A stretch of 64,000 nucleotides of DNA from assembly GCA_036172245.1 (NCBI GenBank), contig JAYWIR010000029.1, positions 1,426,001-1,490,000 on the forward strand. Reading direction: 5' to 3'. The notes under the pieces are model-generated. The model was not told the origin of the DNA and ran no database searches. It saw nothing but the letters and a program-made list of their open reading frames with translations. Position numbers and translations under genes: made by a program. Of this stretch, positions 24,251 through 37,662 are shown piece after piece. Position 1 is the stretch's first letter, and each line of letters starts with the position of its first letter. The stretch is from Raillietiella orientalis (taxonomy: Eukaryota).

Positions 24251-25124
24251 ATCTTCTTTCCTAGAAAGACGGGACCTTTTCTCCTCTACACTGTCCACGT
24301 GTAAGGTATCCCTCCCCCCTTTCTCTCTCTCAAAAGAAACTCAAGAGCACGCCGGATGGTGCTCTCTAAAACGCACCTCTATCTCCCTTACTCCCCTGTC
24401 ATAAAGCACACGCCCACAGCCACATTTCATCTTGTAGCCGTCCGCGAATGTGTCGCTCCAAAAGTGCCCATCCTAAGATGCTCCGCGAGACGATAATTCC
24501 TCAAGTGGTCAACTCTGATTGGACGTTTGCACCTCAGCCTTTGGTCAGACATCAGATTGGAGAGAACCTCAAGACGGTGCTCAGATGCATCCAGCATTTT
24601 TGGAATGAGCTCCAGAACGAACCCTCCCCTCTCACTCAGTCCATGTGATCCAGAAGTAGCTACGTGAAGAAGAATGGTTCCTTTGTTCACCGTCATCTTC
24701 CGAACAAACAGCGGACCCGCTCAAGAATCTCTTCTTCCCGTGCAGCATTCACCGTGATGCCGAGCGCTGTTCATCCTCATTTCTAGCTTGCTGGGTTCCA
24801 TTTTGGATCTTGGAAGTATGGAAGAGGAAAGACGGGATCACCTATCTTTTGTCACATCCTCCCCGACTTCGAGAGTGAAGAGAATTCTGTGCCCCTGCTA
24901 CGAGACCTGGGGTCCCCGGCCCTGGGTTCTCACCGAGATCGTCTCCCCTCGGGAAACACGCAGGGTATCGTGGGAATCCTTCACTCTGCCGGAATCCCGG
25001 CTCCAAAAATCTAGCCTCTGCAATCTTCCGATTGCTTCCCGCGATACTCCGCAAAGGGTGCGACGCACTGCTTTTGGTGCCGATCTTTCGAGGTCCGCTC
25101 CCGGACAGTGCCGATCTTGGAAAC

Positions 25125-25268
25125 AGCAGCTCAGGGAGACAGCTCTCTCGGAAGCGAGCCTTAGGCGCTGACTGCACTGGAATCCCCAGTGTGAAAACAG
25201 CAGCACATCCTGTTTCCATAGTAAGGGGAACACCGAGGTGCCAAAACAAGAGGAACCACTAGTTCTTC
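25125..25268. repeat. dispersed repeat, copy 1 (partner at 32185-32338)
   Basis: Shares CGCTGAyTGCACTGGAAwCCCCAG, AAACAGCAGCAC, AAGGGGAACACCGAG and AGTTCTTC with the partner, in the same order and orientation. Confidence 0.8.
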
Positions 25269-26129
25269 GGGGGACACACCTAAAAGTTCGCTCCACCGGA
25301 GAAGTCCCTTAGCCCGACTTGGAGGGGTTCAGAACTAAGGACTCCGGTGAACCTTGTCCCCTCCCACCCTTTCTTTAATTATTTTCTCTTTCATCTCCCA
25401 TCCCCGTTCGCTCCGCAACTTCCTCGATGTTTTTGTTTTGATCCCAGTGCCTCCCTTAGCGATCTCAAAGACCCCTATCCCATCCCACCGCATTCAATTT
25501 TCCTTTTGCTGTCTCCCGACCCCCTTCTCCTTTCCAAACTGCCGTCATCCTGGCCTGCGTGCCAAAGGACCCTCTCTATTGCTTGCTTTGCCGACCCCAA
25601 CTGGTTTAATTTTTTCTAAAATAAACGCCCCGGCGCTACCGGGTGACAAATCCTGGAAACATCAGAGTCAGGTAGTGGGGTTCACCAGGGACGAACTGTG
25701 GAGAACGGAGGTTCCCAGTTTCGGCAGAAAGCAGCTCAACTGGAAGCGCTGCAATTCCTGTTCTGCAGCCGGAAACAAAACAAGTGACTGTTGATAAATT
25801 CGCTGATGGAGATTCGAGTCATGAATCAATAGTAATAATCATAACAAAGAGTGCGAAACCACATTCTCATCACAGTCTGATTGAATCCTGAACGGGGTGA
25901 TGCTGGAAGATGTGATCGGAGGGTAGTGAGCGGTTCAGCATGAACGAAACAGTGAGGAAGGCAGTGAGAAAGACAACTGGTGCAGAACACCAAATGCCAG
26001 GTTTGAAGCGCATATTTATCATTCATTAGGGTCACACAGGATGGCCACACGGGAGTTCACCGAACTGCGCACAAAATTCAGCATCCAGCATCTCAAGATG
26101 AGTTTTTCGTTTTGTCGTCGAATCGTGAA

Positions 26130-28991
26130 TTGAATCTGCTTATTTTCCGAGGCCCCCCATACCGATCGCTCCTTCGGAGACGGCTGTTCGCAATGCTGGA
26201 AAAGCCTTTCACTGCTTCCTTCGTAATTAATGAACTTGTAGTATTAACAGAAAAACGTACCACGCAGATAACGCAACAGGTCGGACGTAATTTGTTTGAC
26301 TGGTTCATCAGACGCAGTTTCCAACTCTCCCATACACTGCAGTACTCTGCGACTTCTTCATTGCGTCTGAAAAATTCATTATTCACGTTGCTCCCGGCGT
26401 GCCCAGAAGGCTATGTTTCCGTTTTTTTCTGGCAAGCGAAATACAATGTCCACCACTCGACTTTGGTTACAGATCGAAAAAGCCAAAGAACTGGTGGATG
26501 TATCTCAGTTTGGAGTCGAACGATTTTCGTCTTTAATTACGTTCTTCCAACAACTAAAACAGCATTCATCCAACAACATGCAACGAAACAGCAAGAGGAC
26601 ATCCAATATCTGGAGAATCGAGGTGCGGAAGCTGCTCCAGCTGATCACTGGAAAGAAACACAGCAATGAAAATTGACGTGAAAACGAAACCAACGTTCCA
26701 ACGGTAATCAAGCGATCGGGTTTGAAAAGATGACATGGCTGTTTGCATAGTGACCGAAGAACAAAGAATAGATTCGTGTCAATTCCAAAATCTTGATAGC
26801 TTTTTTTTTAAAAAAAAAAAAAAAGAAAGAAAGAAAGAGAAAAAAATGGACCCGAGAACCAAGATCGGATTCACAGCACCAAAACATACAGCGAAGAGCA
26901 AAGAAAGCAGGCAGCGCCGTAGCACATGGAAAGGATGCAAACCTCAGGGTGTCCGAAAAATCCAGAAAGGATGGGGGAATGCAGGCCATTGGGACGATGG
27001 ACTTCCTCACTTGAAGATCTTGTCTTTACAAGATGCTGAGGACGGAAGCTCAGTCGCAGTACCTAGCCCCACAATTGGCACGGACGCATGGTAGTGTGAC
27101 CCGACCACGAAAGTTATCGAAACGAAATACAAACATTTGGATCGATGCCATGCAAAGTGAGAGATCCTGTGATGTCTGGAGCTTTGGCTGCATCTGTATT
27201 TATTTTCATATCTTGAGATCTTTACGCGGGAAAAAAAAAAAAACATGAAAGAAAAACAGCTACTAGAGGTGCTTCGGTACGACATCGGGCTGCAGGGAGA
27301 ATTTGTACTTCATCTCCGCTGCGTGGACTTTTCTCGGGGGAACGGACCGCGAGCAGCTTCATTTCGAGGTCAAGTGACTTCGGCCTACGGGATGAACTGA
27401 AAGACAGGGCTCTCCAGATGAATCCACGCTCCTCGCAAGGAGGAAAGCAGGCTCGAAGGTTTACACACGCAACCAGGAACGGACACGCCAGATCATCTGT
27501 ACACAGATGTCACCCATTCAAGGGGATGCCTCGACTCCACGCGAGGATGCGTGCATTTTCTGCAGTTCACGCACGAGAAGGACCTCTGTCCACAAAGTCA
27601 AACCAGCGGCTGATTTCGAGGACGTTTCTCGGACTTCCTGAATTTGACGAATGCACGTTTCCCGATCGTAAGTTCACAGAAAAATATATATATGTACATT
27701 TTAAAAGATGCTGAAGCATCTGGAAAAAGATTATCACAAAACGGCTGCGATTGCATTCCATCGCAAATTATCACAAAAATGCGCGGCAGAACTGGGGAAT
27801 CCCAGGTGAAGATCTCATTGCATCTTCATTTCGTGGTGATAATACGTGGTGCCATGTCATCGCAGTTTTCTTTTTTCACTCTCTTTTCCCCCCCCCCCTC
27901 CCAAACCCAGGTCCACGTTGCAATTTCGTTTTTTGCTCATCCAAGAGGTCGTTTTCATGGTATTTGTCTTGAGCAAAAAAACTCCTGTCGCCCTCAACAC
28001 GGTTTTGCGAAAAGGAGTTTCGTTAAAAACGATAAAAGAGCACTTTCAACTGATGTATCTCATGCCCCTTGGCAGAGACCTCTCGAGCTAAAACACACCT
28101 TCTTGAGCAAGTGATGTCTTTTAGCAAAGTATAGAATCGGGATGGATTTTGGACAATACTTTTTTAAAAAAAAACAAAAACAAAAAAAGATATTCAAAGG
28201 AATAAATAAATATGGCCGGAATTTTCTTGTCTGTTTCATTAATGCAAGTACTAAATCTTGAGCAAATCAGATCAGCACTTTAGATAAGTCAGATGGAGCT
28301 TCCGAAAAGCAAAAATCATTCTTTGAAGCTCCATCGTGTGCAGTGGGGGGGGGTGGGGTGGATGCTGCTTTTCTCGAGATTTTCTTGTTTCCTGACGAAC
28401 CCAGAAGAATCGGGAATCGGAGATGATTTAATAATGCACTTCCATCCCGGAAGAAACAGCCCCGAGCACTGAAACCATCAGCCAGTTTTCTGCCGCGCTT
28501 AAACAAGTCTGAGAAACTCTTTGGTGTGGTTCCAGGTTGACAGTGACTAACGCAAATGTTCCTGCTGGAAGCGAAGCGAGCGTGTAGAGAGGACGTGGAT
28601 ATCTTATACAAGAATGAATTTCTAGAGTTGCTATTGTCCACAAGGGGGAAGGGGGGGGGCGAGGAGAGAAGAAAATTTGCAAGACTTCTCTCTGTGTGTG
28701 CTAAAGGCACGTTCATGGCACGCTTTCAGCCTCAAAGCTGCTGAGAAAGCATGCGCTGCAAGGGATTGTGATGGTGCACTGCGTGCTATAAAAGGAAAGA
28801 CAAAAAAAAAAAAAAAAACCCTTCGAAAAGTTGCGTCTACGTAGAAAGTGGTCAGAACATCTCTTTGTATCAATTGAAAAAAAAAATGACATTTCCTCGG
28901 GCTTGCTGGCTTCTAATCTCGCACAACGCAGAAGGCGATTCGTTCAAAAAACAAAGTATACGGGTATGATGTGGTGAAACGAAAATGATTC

Positions 28992-29027
<36 letters not shown>

Positions 29028-29330
29028 AAGGAAACGCAAGAGTGAACACGTGTTTAGTGCCGTAGCTCGGAAACTCGACGGCTGATTTTTAGGAATACTC
29101 AATGAACCTTTTCTGATAAATTTGTTCTTTTTCAAGCGATGCAGATCTACTTCCTTTCATCCCTGAATGGATTCCATTGAAATATTGGAACATCACCGAG
29201 TCTGCGAAAGACATCATTGCTCTGCGAAGATCTATACGCATCCCACTTTAGGACGAGTCGCTCAGCCTGCCTCCATTCCGGGTGCTGTCCTTCGTCCTTG
29301 GATACCCCAGCTATTAGAAGTGAGCTTACC
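26130..29330 (+). CDS. intron-rich locus encoding two degenerate protein-kinase-like (pseudokinase) domains
   Basis: Domain 1: VLCDFF (26342), IQYLENRG (26601), KIGF (26861), YLAPQ (27060), DVWSFGCI (27171-27194), LLEVL (27260), LQMNP (~27412). Domain 2: HVHGTLSASKLL (28708-28743), WNITESAKDII (29186-29218), LRPWI (~29290). Motif order matches kinase subdomains. Splicing is only partly resolved; could be two genes. Confidence 0.55.
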
Positions 29331-32184
29331 TGAGCTTACTCCCAAAAGCCGCGGCATCCAGGGACTCCTTGCTTCCGGAACACTGGGTTTCTGAAAATTT
29401 GGGGAATGAGGACACATTTCGAGACGTGAATTTGGTGGGGAAAAAAAAACCTCGCTCTCATATCAGGCGGTACTTTTGCTCATGCGCGCGGGCAGTCCCT
29501 AAGAATCCGCTGTTGCGTGACCCTTTCCTAGGTACAGCGTGGGGACTGCTTCAACTTCACTGTGATTTTTCACCAGATTCGCAGGTTTGTTCCAGGAAGA
29601 CGCGTTCAAATTCATCTTCTCTGCCTCTCAGGCACCAGCATACGATTACCAGGAGGTTCGCAGATATTTCCAATTAATTTTCCATTCCGTATCCAAGTCA
29701 CGAACTCCACCGTCACACTGGGTTTCCAGAGACCCATCAATCAGCTTTGGAATCGCATCAACGTAACACGATACGCAGCTGAAAAGAGGCGATCTTGAGA
29801 CATCGCATCCCTCCGTACCAGTATGAACCGCTAACAGCCTGTTGAAAGCGGCTAAATGGGAACCGTGGAGCTCTGGGGAGCACATGCAGGCGAGCAAACC
29901 CATTGCCCACAATGCCACGCTGCTGTGGCGTGAAGACGTCTCTTTGGTCGGTGAAGTCGACTTCTTCCCTTAAGCCACCAGCACTTTTTGAAGCACTCGC
30001 ACCTTCGTGTGTACTCGGAGTTGATTTGTCGGTCCATCCTCGAGAGCTGGAGGTAAATAGTATCTCATCACGTCAATCTCTGAGTCTGATTGCAGCTCCG
30101 GAAGAAATCTGAAAACTCTCGTGATTTTCGTAATGATTTTCAAATCATTTCGTGCTCGTACTTTCCGGTGTGAGCGCAGCAGTGGTCTCGAACCAACCAC
30201 GAAAGCTTCGAGGGATTGAAAGCGCTGTGTTTCTGCTGCTTTTGATGCACACTTTCCACACGTTTGTGACAACAGCGAGTTCTTTTCTTGTTTTCGGTGC
30301 TTTCTGAACACCTCATGGCAAGCTTCGGTTCTGCTGATGACCGCTCGACTCTGTTTTTCTTTCATCTCAAAGGGAAAGCTCCCTGCACCTTGAGCACCTG
30401 GCTGCCTTTCCTGCATTCTTCAATGGCGACGCGTCTTCCGCGTCCATCGCATGCTTTGCTGTCTTTCTCAGGGTTTCACTCAGTGAAGTTGACCATTCGT
30501 CTTAATGAACTCCGTCTCCTTGCAGTCAGTTCCAACACACACATCCCGGTATTCGTTGCAGGTCACCGAATCTCGATTCCCCAAGTTTTTTTCTATCTGA
30601 TCTTCAGTTTCCTCTTTGGTGTTTTTCCCCCACCAAACGGCAGCAGGCTTGCCGCTCTGACCAGGAAAGGGCGGAAAACTTGAACTGCAACTATCCGAAA
30701 TGGAGGCTGCCCAAACGTTCCGGAAGAACATTCTCTCTTTCAAAAGAAACCTCACTTTGCCATGGGCTGCACTCCTCTTTCCTCGTTTCCTCGATCCTAT
30801 CTTCCACTAATCCTCGCTCGAGCTTGTTCTGCACCGAACAGAGAGAATTTTCAAGCGTCTGGACCTGGATAACGTCTTCTGCCTCGTTCCTTACAGACGA
30901 ACGTCGGGCCAGTGTTTACGAGGGAAAAAGCTTTTACTCTTCACGCGAGTCACAGCAATACTTCTTCTCTCTTGCAGACGCGGCATTTGCACGATTTTAT
31001 TCATTTCGATAAATGCGGAGACGTGAAGATAAATGTTCGAATCTTGCAATATGTGGGAAATGTATTCTTCTCGATTACTCATTACTCATGCCTACATTGA
31101 CGTGGGTTATAGTGCTTTGCATCCTTCAAAAATGTGTTTATATTTTCCCGTTCACGGGATGATGGTCATTGAACTGTCCACATGTACTTCCCATGTACCG
31201 CTGCACTACCTGAACTTCAAGTATTGTCTTTAGAGAAAGTGCAGAAACTTTTCAAAATGGATTTTCTAATCATCCATCTCACACCCTATGCCTTGTTGTC
31301 ATGCCTACACCAGGATCGACATAATGCTTTCGGTTCATGGCTGGTTTCCGATGCAAGTCATTATTCACATGAATGAATTCATCTTTAGGGCATTCTACAA
31401 ATGCAGAAATCAGTAAAATAGTTGTGATGACTCCAGTTGGAATATTGAAAAAAAAAACCTCATCGTGAAATCGTGAGTCGTTTAAAAGACGTTTAGAGGT
31501 TGCAAGAGTAGCGGAAATAACGATGATGTGGCTCTTTGGCGCAAGCCTTGGGCGTTCATCACTACATCATCCTGAACTTCTTCGGATCATCGAATTCGGG
31601 AAGTCTCAACGTAAAACTTTTCAAATTCCTCCATGTTCCCTGCGAGCCACAGATCGGTTTTCCATCCGGTCACTCCGAGACATTTATTTGGAAGAAATAA
31701 ACAAAAAAGTCTGGAGCGCAGTTCCCCAAACAAAAAGAGATCAAGGGGGAGAAGGTTCAGTGACACGCAGCTCTGCTACTGGGGCAGTCTGGAACGGGAA
31801 GAAAAGCGACAAACAAATGAACAAATAAAAAAAGGAAGAGTGGGTACAGGGTTCTTTGTCATCGAACGCCCTTCTGGCTCAGAACCGGCGCCGAATGCCG
31901 GCGATCTTCGACGGTGAGGCCACCTCTCAGCCGTCCTCATGTAGACGGCTGCAGTCTCTTGGCTGCAACCGAGACTCCTCCAGAGCATGGCGGACTGCCA
32001 CGATGGTGCGGGTGTAACCGATGCGCCTGCCCACAGTCCGCTGCACGCGAAAAATTGCCTCAGCGAGTCCTTGGCAGTGTCCTCCGGAAGCAGGAACGCT
32101 GAAGAGACGTTCTCCTCCACAGTTCCTGGAGGGCACCGTAGTTCAGCAACAGGTGCGTGAACGATTTGATCGTCCCTCTCCTTA

Positions 32185-32338
32185 AGCAGTTTGAAGACGC
32201 AACTCCCCCCCGGAAACGAGCCGACTGTCTTCGCTGATTGCACTGGAAACCCCAGGGAAGAAACAGCAGCACTACATGCTTCCAGCTCAAGGGGAACACC
32301 GAGTTGTCCACCCGCAAACGAGCGATCACAAGTTCTTC
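32185..32338. repeat. dispersed repeat, copy 2 (partner at 25125-25268)
   Basis: Same shared blocks as the partner. The minus-strand translations VPLELEACSAAVSSLGFPVQSA and VPLTMETGCAAVFTLGIPVQSA are similar. Confidence 0.8.
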
Positions 32339-32399
32339 AAAGGAAAATCGAAAGAGCTGCCTCTTCAGTGTTGATCAGTGTTGATGTATCTGATCCGAA

Positions 32400-33900
32400 C
32401 GAGGTGCTAATAGGATGCGCAAGATTCCACAAGTACTCAAGGCTGCTCCCTCTGGTTGTGATGATCATCCAAAGCATCTCTTGGACCTGCGAGTATGTAT
32501 ATTTTGGACATGATCCAAAAGTCCAAAAGATCTTGTCCAGAAGGTTTAAATGTATGTAGCACTTGCAAAATAAGCTGCATCTTGATTCCAGAGTTGCCAC
32601 CTATGTTGCCACCTGCATGCATCAAGTTTTAAACTGACCTATCCTCAGATACTGGCGGCATGAAATCCGAGTGCCTCAATCTCTTTTTGCTTCCAAAGAT
32701 GCTGCGATGTTGTCGACAGTATCCAAACTTATAGAAACTCGGAGATGAACCCGACACACCGAAACCACTGATTTATGAGGATGACTTTAATTCTTTTGGA
32801 GATTCCGTTGGTGATCCTCCAATTTCCGCAACCTTGAAGATATCTCCAGAATCCCCATGACGATCTTGGGAGAACGCATAATAGGAAACCAGAGCTTGCT
32901 CCATCCTGGAAGCAGAGGCTAACTGACAAAAAAGGAACACGGAAGGAAAGGTGCAATCGTTTGCCGCCGATGGTGCAGCACTGAATTGTGAGACTGCAAG
33001 ATTCTGCAGGATTCGTCGCAGTTTGGAGTCAAAAGTTTGTTAACTGGAACGTGGAGTGGAAACGATGATGGTAAGAGGTGGTTGCGTGAACACAGGCACA
33101 ATATCACTGACATTTGGGAGAAGGTCTGATCGATGCTCGCACAAAGTTCTCAGTGATCTCTTCTGTTCGCTGAAACATTTTGGACAATGGAGGGCCCACC
33201 ACTGCGTCCACCACTTTCCAATCCTTACCCTAAAGAAGTAGGGTTTCGCTAAAAAAGATCATGACACCCATGTTTGAGCATCTGTCTCAAGATTCCTTCT
33301 GATGATTTCATATGCAGCATTCTTGGATATTAAAGATATCCTATAGAGTATCCTACGTTCACAAGGGGGATCTGGCATTCGGTATGCAAGAAAATGAGAC
33401 GTGCAAATTTAGCTGATACCTCCTCATATAGATCATTGCCATAAGTATTGTGGTGGCAGTCCCACGGAATTTCACAACCCCTCTTTTCCTACTTATCTTT
33501 ATTTCGGAACAACAGTGTTCACGATTCTTCGAAACACTTGTTACCTCCATTTTCGTCCCTTGGCCAAATGAATTCAGTGGATTCTTGGCAGCATTCACAT
33601 GAAGACACCTTTTTTTAAACACTGTGAAGTAAGCAACGACAGCGAGCCTCCAGTGGTGAGCAGAAACAAGGAAGGACGTTGGTACTTTCATCAGCCTCTT
33701 TCAGTTCACTTCCCATAACGATGAATTTCGCCCATAAAATACCAACCTTCCATTTTATCAGAGTCTCTAGTGCTGAATAGATCAGATCCGAGGTCGTCAT
33801 TCTTTGGTAATTGACTTCCCAAGTGCAGGAACGCCAGTGATAGGAGATCAGCAAAGAACCCACTGATGGGTGTCCCACAGAAAGACAGACTAGCCCTGGA
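32400..33900 (-). mobile_element. possible decayed LINE (APE/RT remnants)
   Basis: Weak only: IYSA...KFIVMGS (cf. APE IYxP...IIMGDFN) in ORF 33615-33878, followed by faint RT-like remnants towards 32.5 kb. Confidence 0.25.
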
Positions 33901-36900
33901 GTGAAGCATCCAAGAGGAAACTGCCAGAAGGCAGATTCCGGAGAACGCTTCTTAGGGAATCTTCAGCTCGTCTCAGGACAGCAGCTGAAAGCGAGAACAC
34001 TACTGGGAACATCATCCCCGAACATTTGGCGTATTTGGTCTTGGAAACTGTCATCCGGAGTCATCAAGAATCTCGCTGTATGGAGGGTTTGTTGCATGAG
34101 GCGGTTCGTTGCTTCTGCTTGTTTTTCTGGTCGGCAGGAGTGACCTGATCCAGTTTATGTGAAAACATCATCTCCCTCACTTTTCCGAGATCTTTCGAAC
34201 TGAGTTTTTCGTCATCCGAGCAGCATGGACGGCGGCGAACCGATCCAGCAACCCTCACCAGCTTCCGTGCACGCTGCAGGCAGTGACGAGATTTAACCTA
34301 CCATGCAGACAAGTCATCCTGCAATCCGAAAACCCACACATCAGACTGGATGATCTTCAGGGACCTGTCGCACCTGAATTTGTCCAAGAAAGCAATGCAT
34401 CAGATACTATGACGGGCTCTGTTGTGCTTTGAAGAGGAGGTTTAACCTCTCTTGGAGGAGGCATAAGATGTCCGTGAGGTGAGCATTCATCTCTCAAACA
34501 AATCCGAAATCAGAAATACCACAGTTCGAATCCCAGGTATGACCATGAGAACTGACATTGAAAGGACCCAAATGCAAGATTGGCATGATCCGTATTGAAG
34601 GACATATTGCACAGGCGTTCGGAACGACACGTGCGGTGGTAAAGGGAAACTCCGAAATCCATCAATGTTGCGAGGCGCCTTCTTCCTTATCTACTGGTAC
34701 CTTCTTCTCCTTCGCTCAGGCACCAGCGATTCTGCGGCAAGCTAAGAATTCCCTTCCTGGTTAGGATGGCATTACCTTCAGCGGATGTTGAGTGGTGGAT
34801 CCTCATGCTGAGATCTTGAGTTTTGGCATCCGAGTGAAGGAGAAGACACCTCGGCGGTGGGTACACTCTAAAATTATTACGACCATCCTTCTCCACAAAA
34901 CAACGCCGTCATTTCGGGATATTCAAGATTGGAGGATCAGCATCCATTGAAGACTGCGTTTATAGGCTGCATGCAAGACTTCAGCCACTCAGACTCCGCG
35001 AATAGATACTGGAAGCAGCACTGTATGCCCCAGAAAGCTTCCTCCCCCTTGATGGGGTATTAGGGTAGAACCTTGGCCTGAGTTGAAGAATGGATGATGA
35101 GAGAAGGCATCCACGCGATCTCTGTATCACATTTATTGACTTGGCAAACGTCTTGGGCGCATTTTCTTTATCACCACTGCTTCGGAACAGACAAAAGTCG
35201 GAGTGAGACGGTGAAGCATTCACATGAAAACTCTGGGGCTTCCCTCAAGCCAGTGTCTTCTTCACCGTAACCCTCCACATGAACGGAAAGGCCAAGCAAG
35301 GCACTCATTGAGCTCTTTGCCACTGCCTAGCATGTCACTCGGAAAGGTCCTTTGAAAGTCAAGGGATTCGTCTGAAGAAGAAACTCTCCCGCTTGAGTGG
35401 CGAACACGCGCCAACTGACCGCAGGAGCGCGCTGGAGTCCCCTGCCAGCAGTCGACTGGAGGAAATGCATCACCTAACGTCATGGTGCGGCAACTCGAAG
35501 AGGTGAGCGAAGAACCGTTCGCTTCAACGCCGATTCTCATGCTGCACGTACAGGAAGCCCATCGGTACTCCAGAAAGCCGTTCAGGATGGACTTGTTTCA
35601 GCCCGAATCTGCTAAACAGAAAGTGGTTACCAAGGTGGAGGTCCTGGTGGACCTACGGACTCTCACCCTGACAGAAAATGAATGCCCTGACAGAAAATTT
35701 TGCTTTGCTGAGGGTCCTTGTCCATTTCCACCGATTATTCTCGCTCCCTAAGGGAGACGGGAGGGAGCAAACCCGAGCATGATCGAAGATTGCAGCCACA
35801 GTCGATAAGGCAGCAGTGATTGCCGCCATCACAAGCGTCAGGATGAAGAAATCGCATTTACAGAGAACTCATTCTAAAAGCTGTTGTAGATGGCAGCAAG
35901 TTTCTCTAGGACGTCATCCTCCATCGCTCAGTTCTTCTAAAACTCGCGCTCTTTGATGAAAGTTGAGCCGGAGAATCCAGAAACAAGGATTGTTATGGAT
36001 CAGATACGTAGTCTGTGTCGAAGTCCCGTAGAATTCCTGAAAAGGCGATAAAATTTTGCAATCATTCGGAACCGCCCATCCAGTTGGCACCATCACATAC
36101 TGCCACAAAGTAACTCCACATCCGGTGGCCTACCAGCGTTGAGAAGGCTCTTCTTTTTTTTTTTTTTCAGGAAAAGGAAAACGAGATACGGTGCGGAATA
36201 CCCGGTGCGGGGCGAGAACCCCCACTCGAGTTTTGTGAGGAGAAAGCTACAGGTGCCGACGATCCCTTCTCAGGAAGAGGAATCTCCTGGAGTATGCATT
36301 CCAGATGTAGACCATGAGATTTGATTAAGTTCCTGATTTGATGGCGGAGGCGCGTCATGACTGCAAACAAGCAGCTACATTCCAATAAGAATGATGATGA
36401 CGTAAGCAGTTGGGTGGGAAACTCCTCGCCAAGTACCAGAAACTGCATGAACGTGGAGGAAACTCGTCGAGAATAAATTTATCCACAAGGGAAAAAGAAG
36501 CATTTTGAAAGGTGGATGTTGCACACCGCATTTTAAAAGAATGAAAACACCCCCACCTAGCATGATGACAAATAGAATTATTAGAAATCTCGTTCGTAAA
36601 CGATCACTCTGCACAATAAGCGCAGACGCAAATGCGGAATCAGTGCAAACGAGAAGCTGCAAGAAGTGATTATCATATTCTTCGAAAATGCCTATGGTTT
36701 GCCCTTCTTAAGGAATCTTCAGAGCACTTTAAAAAAAAATTCCACAAGAGGAAATTTTTTGAATTTTTTTTTTTTTTAAAACTTAGAATTCAGCAGAAAA
36801 ATTGCTTTAGTAAAGACAATTAGAGGGGAAAAGCCTTTCTTTTTAATCCGAAGCAGTTGCTCCAAATCACGCTGCTATCATTCTATCATGAGAATAAAAC

Positions 36901-37309
36901 GTTTTGGTGGTGTTTCATGAGAAGCCTTGTAGTGTTTCCGATAAAAATAGGTCGATCGAGATGATCATACATTCGCAATTTATCGGAAGACGATACCCAC
37001 GTTGAAGCAGAATTCACAGCGAATTAACCTGTGGATCTTAGTGTTTCAGAAAAAAAACGTCCCTCAGCTGCAGGAACGAATTCACCTTTAGCGCCTACGA
37101 ATGTTCCTTTGAGCACAGACTTCCTGAGACAGAAGTGAGAATCGCCTCATTCTTCGAATCCTGGCTCATATGAAGATAATTGATCCGCAAAATCATCAAA
37201 AAGAAAAGCCATTGAAAGTGATGACAGCAATCTTGAGAAGAGATGCTAGAGGTGATCAGATCCATATTCTCAGCTGGCTTCACAAAGAAATAGCAATGCG
37301 AGTACCAAC

Positions 37310-37662
37310 TCCGGGTTCCCTTCGGAGAAGATGAAATGGAAAGGACAACCCCCTTTCTGGATGGGTGCCTCCGGAGAGAATGAGGAAATAGATTCCCTTC
37401 TGGGTTCCCCTTCGGAGACAACCAGGTTGGGGGGTGCGATACCCCTCCCCAAACGTGAGAGAAACGGACTCCGAGCTTGTCTGGATTCACAGGGCGGACC
37501 CTCTTCCGGGGTTGCCCCCCCATCTTAAAGAAGAATAGCACGCACCCTCCGCGGGTGGCGTGGAACGGTGTTAAAGAGCCACGTGCGCCGCGAGGCGCGG
37601 ACCGGCTCTTGAGGTACTTACAAAAAAAAACAAAACCTGAAAAAAAAATGCTGGAAGGGAAA
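37310..37662 (+). mobile_element. SINE-like family, 5'-truncated diverged copy
   Basis: Shares CTCCGGAGAGAA, GATTCCyTTCTGGGTTCCC, GAGAAACGGACT, CTGGATTCACAGGG, GCACGCACCCTC, GTGTTAAAGAGC and the tail An-ACCTGAn-GCTGGAAGG with the copies at 9.7 kb and 59.4 kb. Confidence 0.75.
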
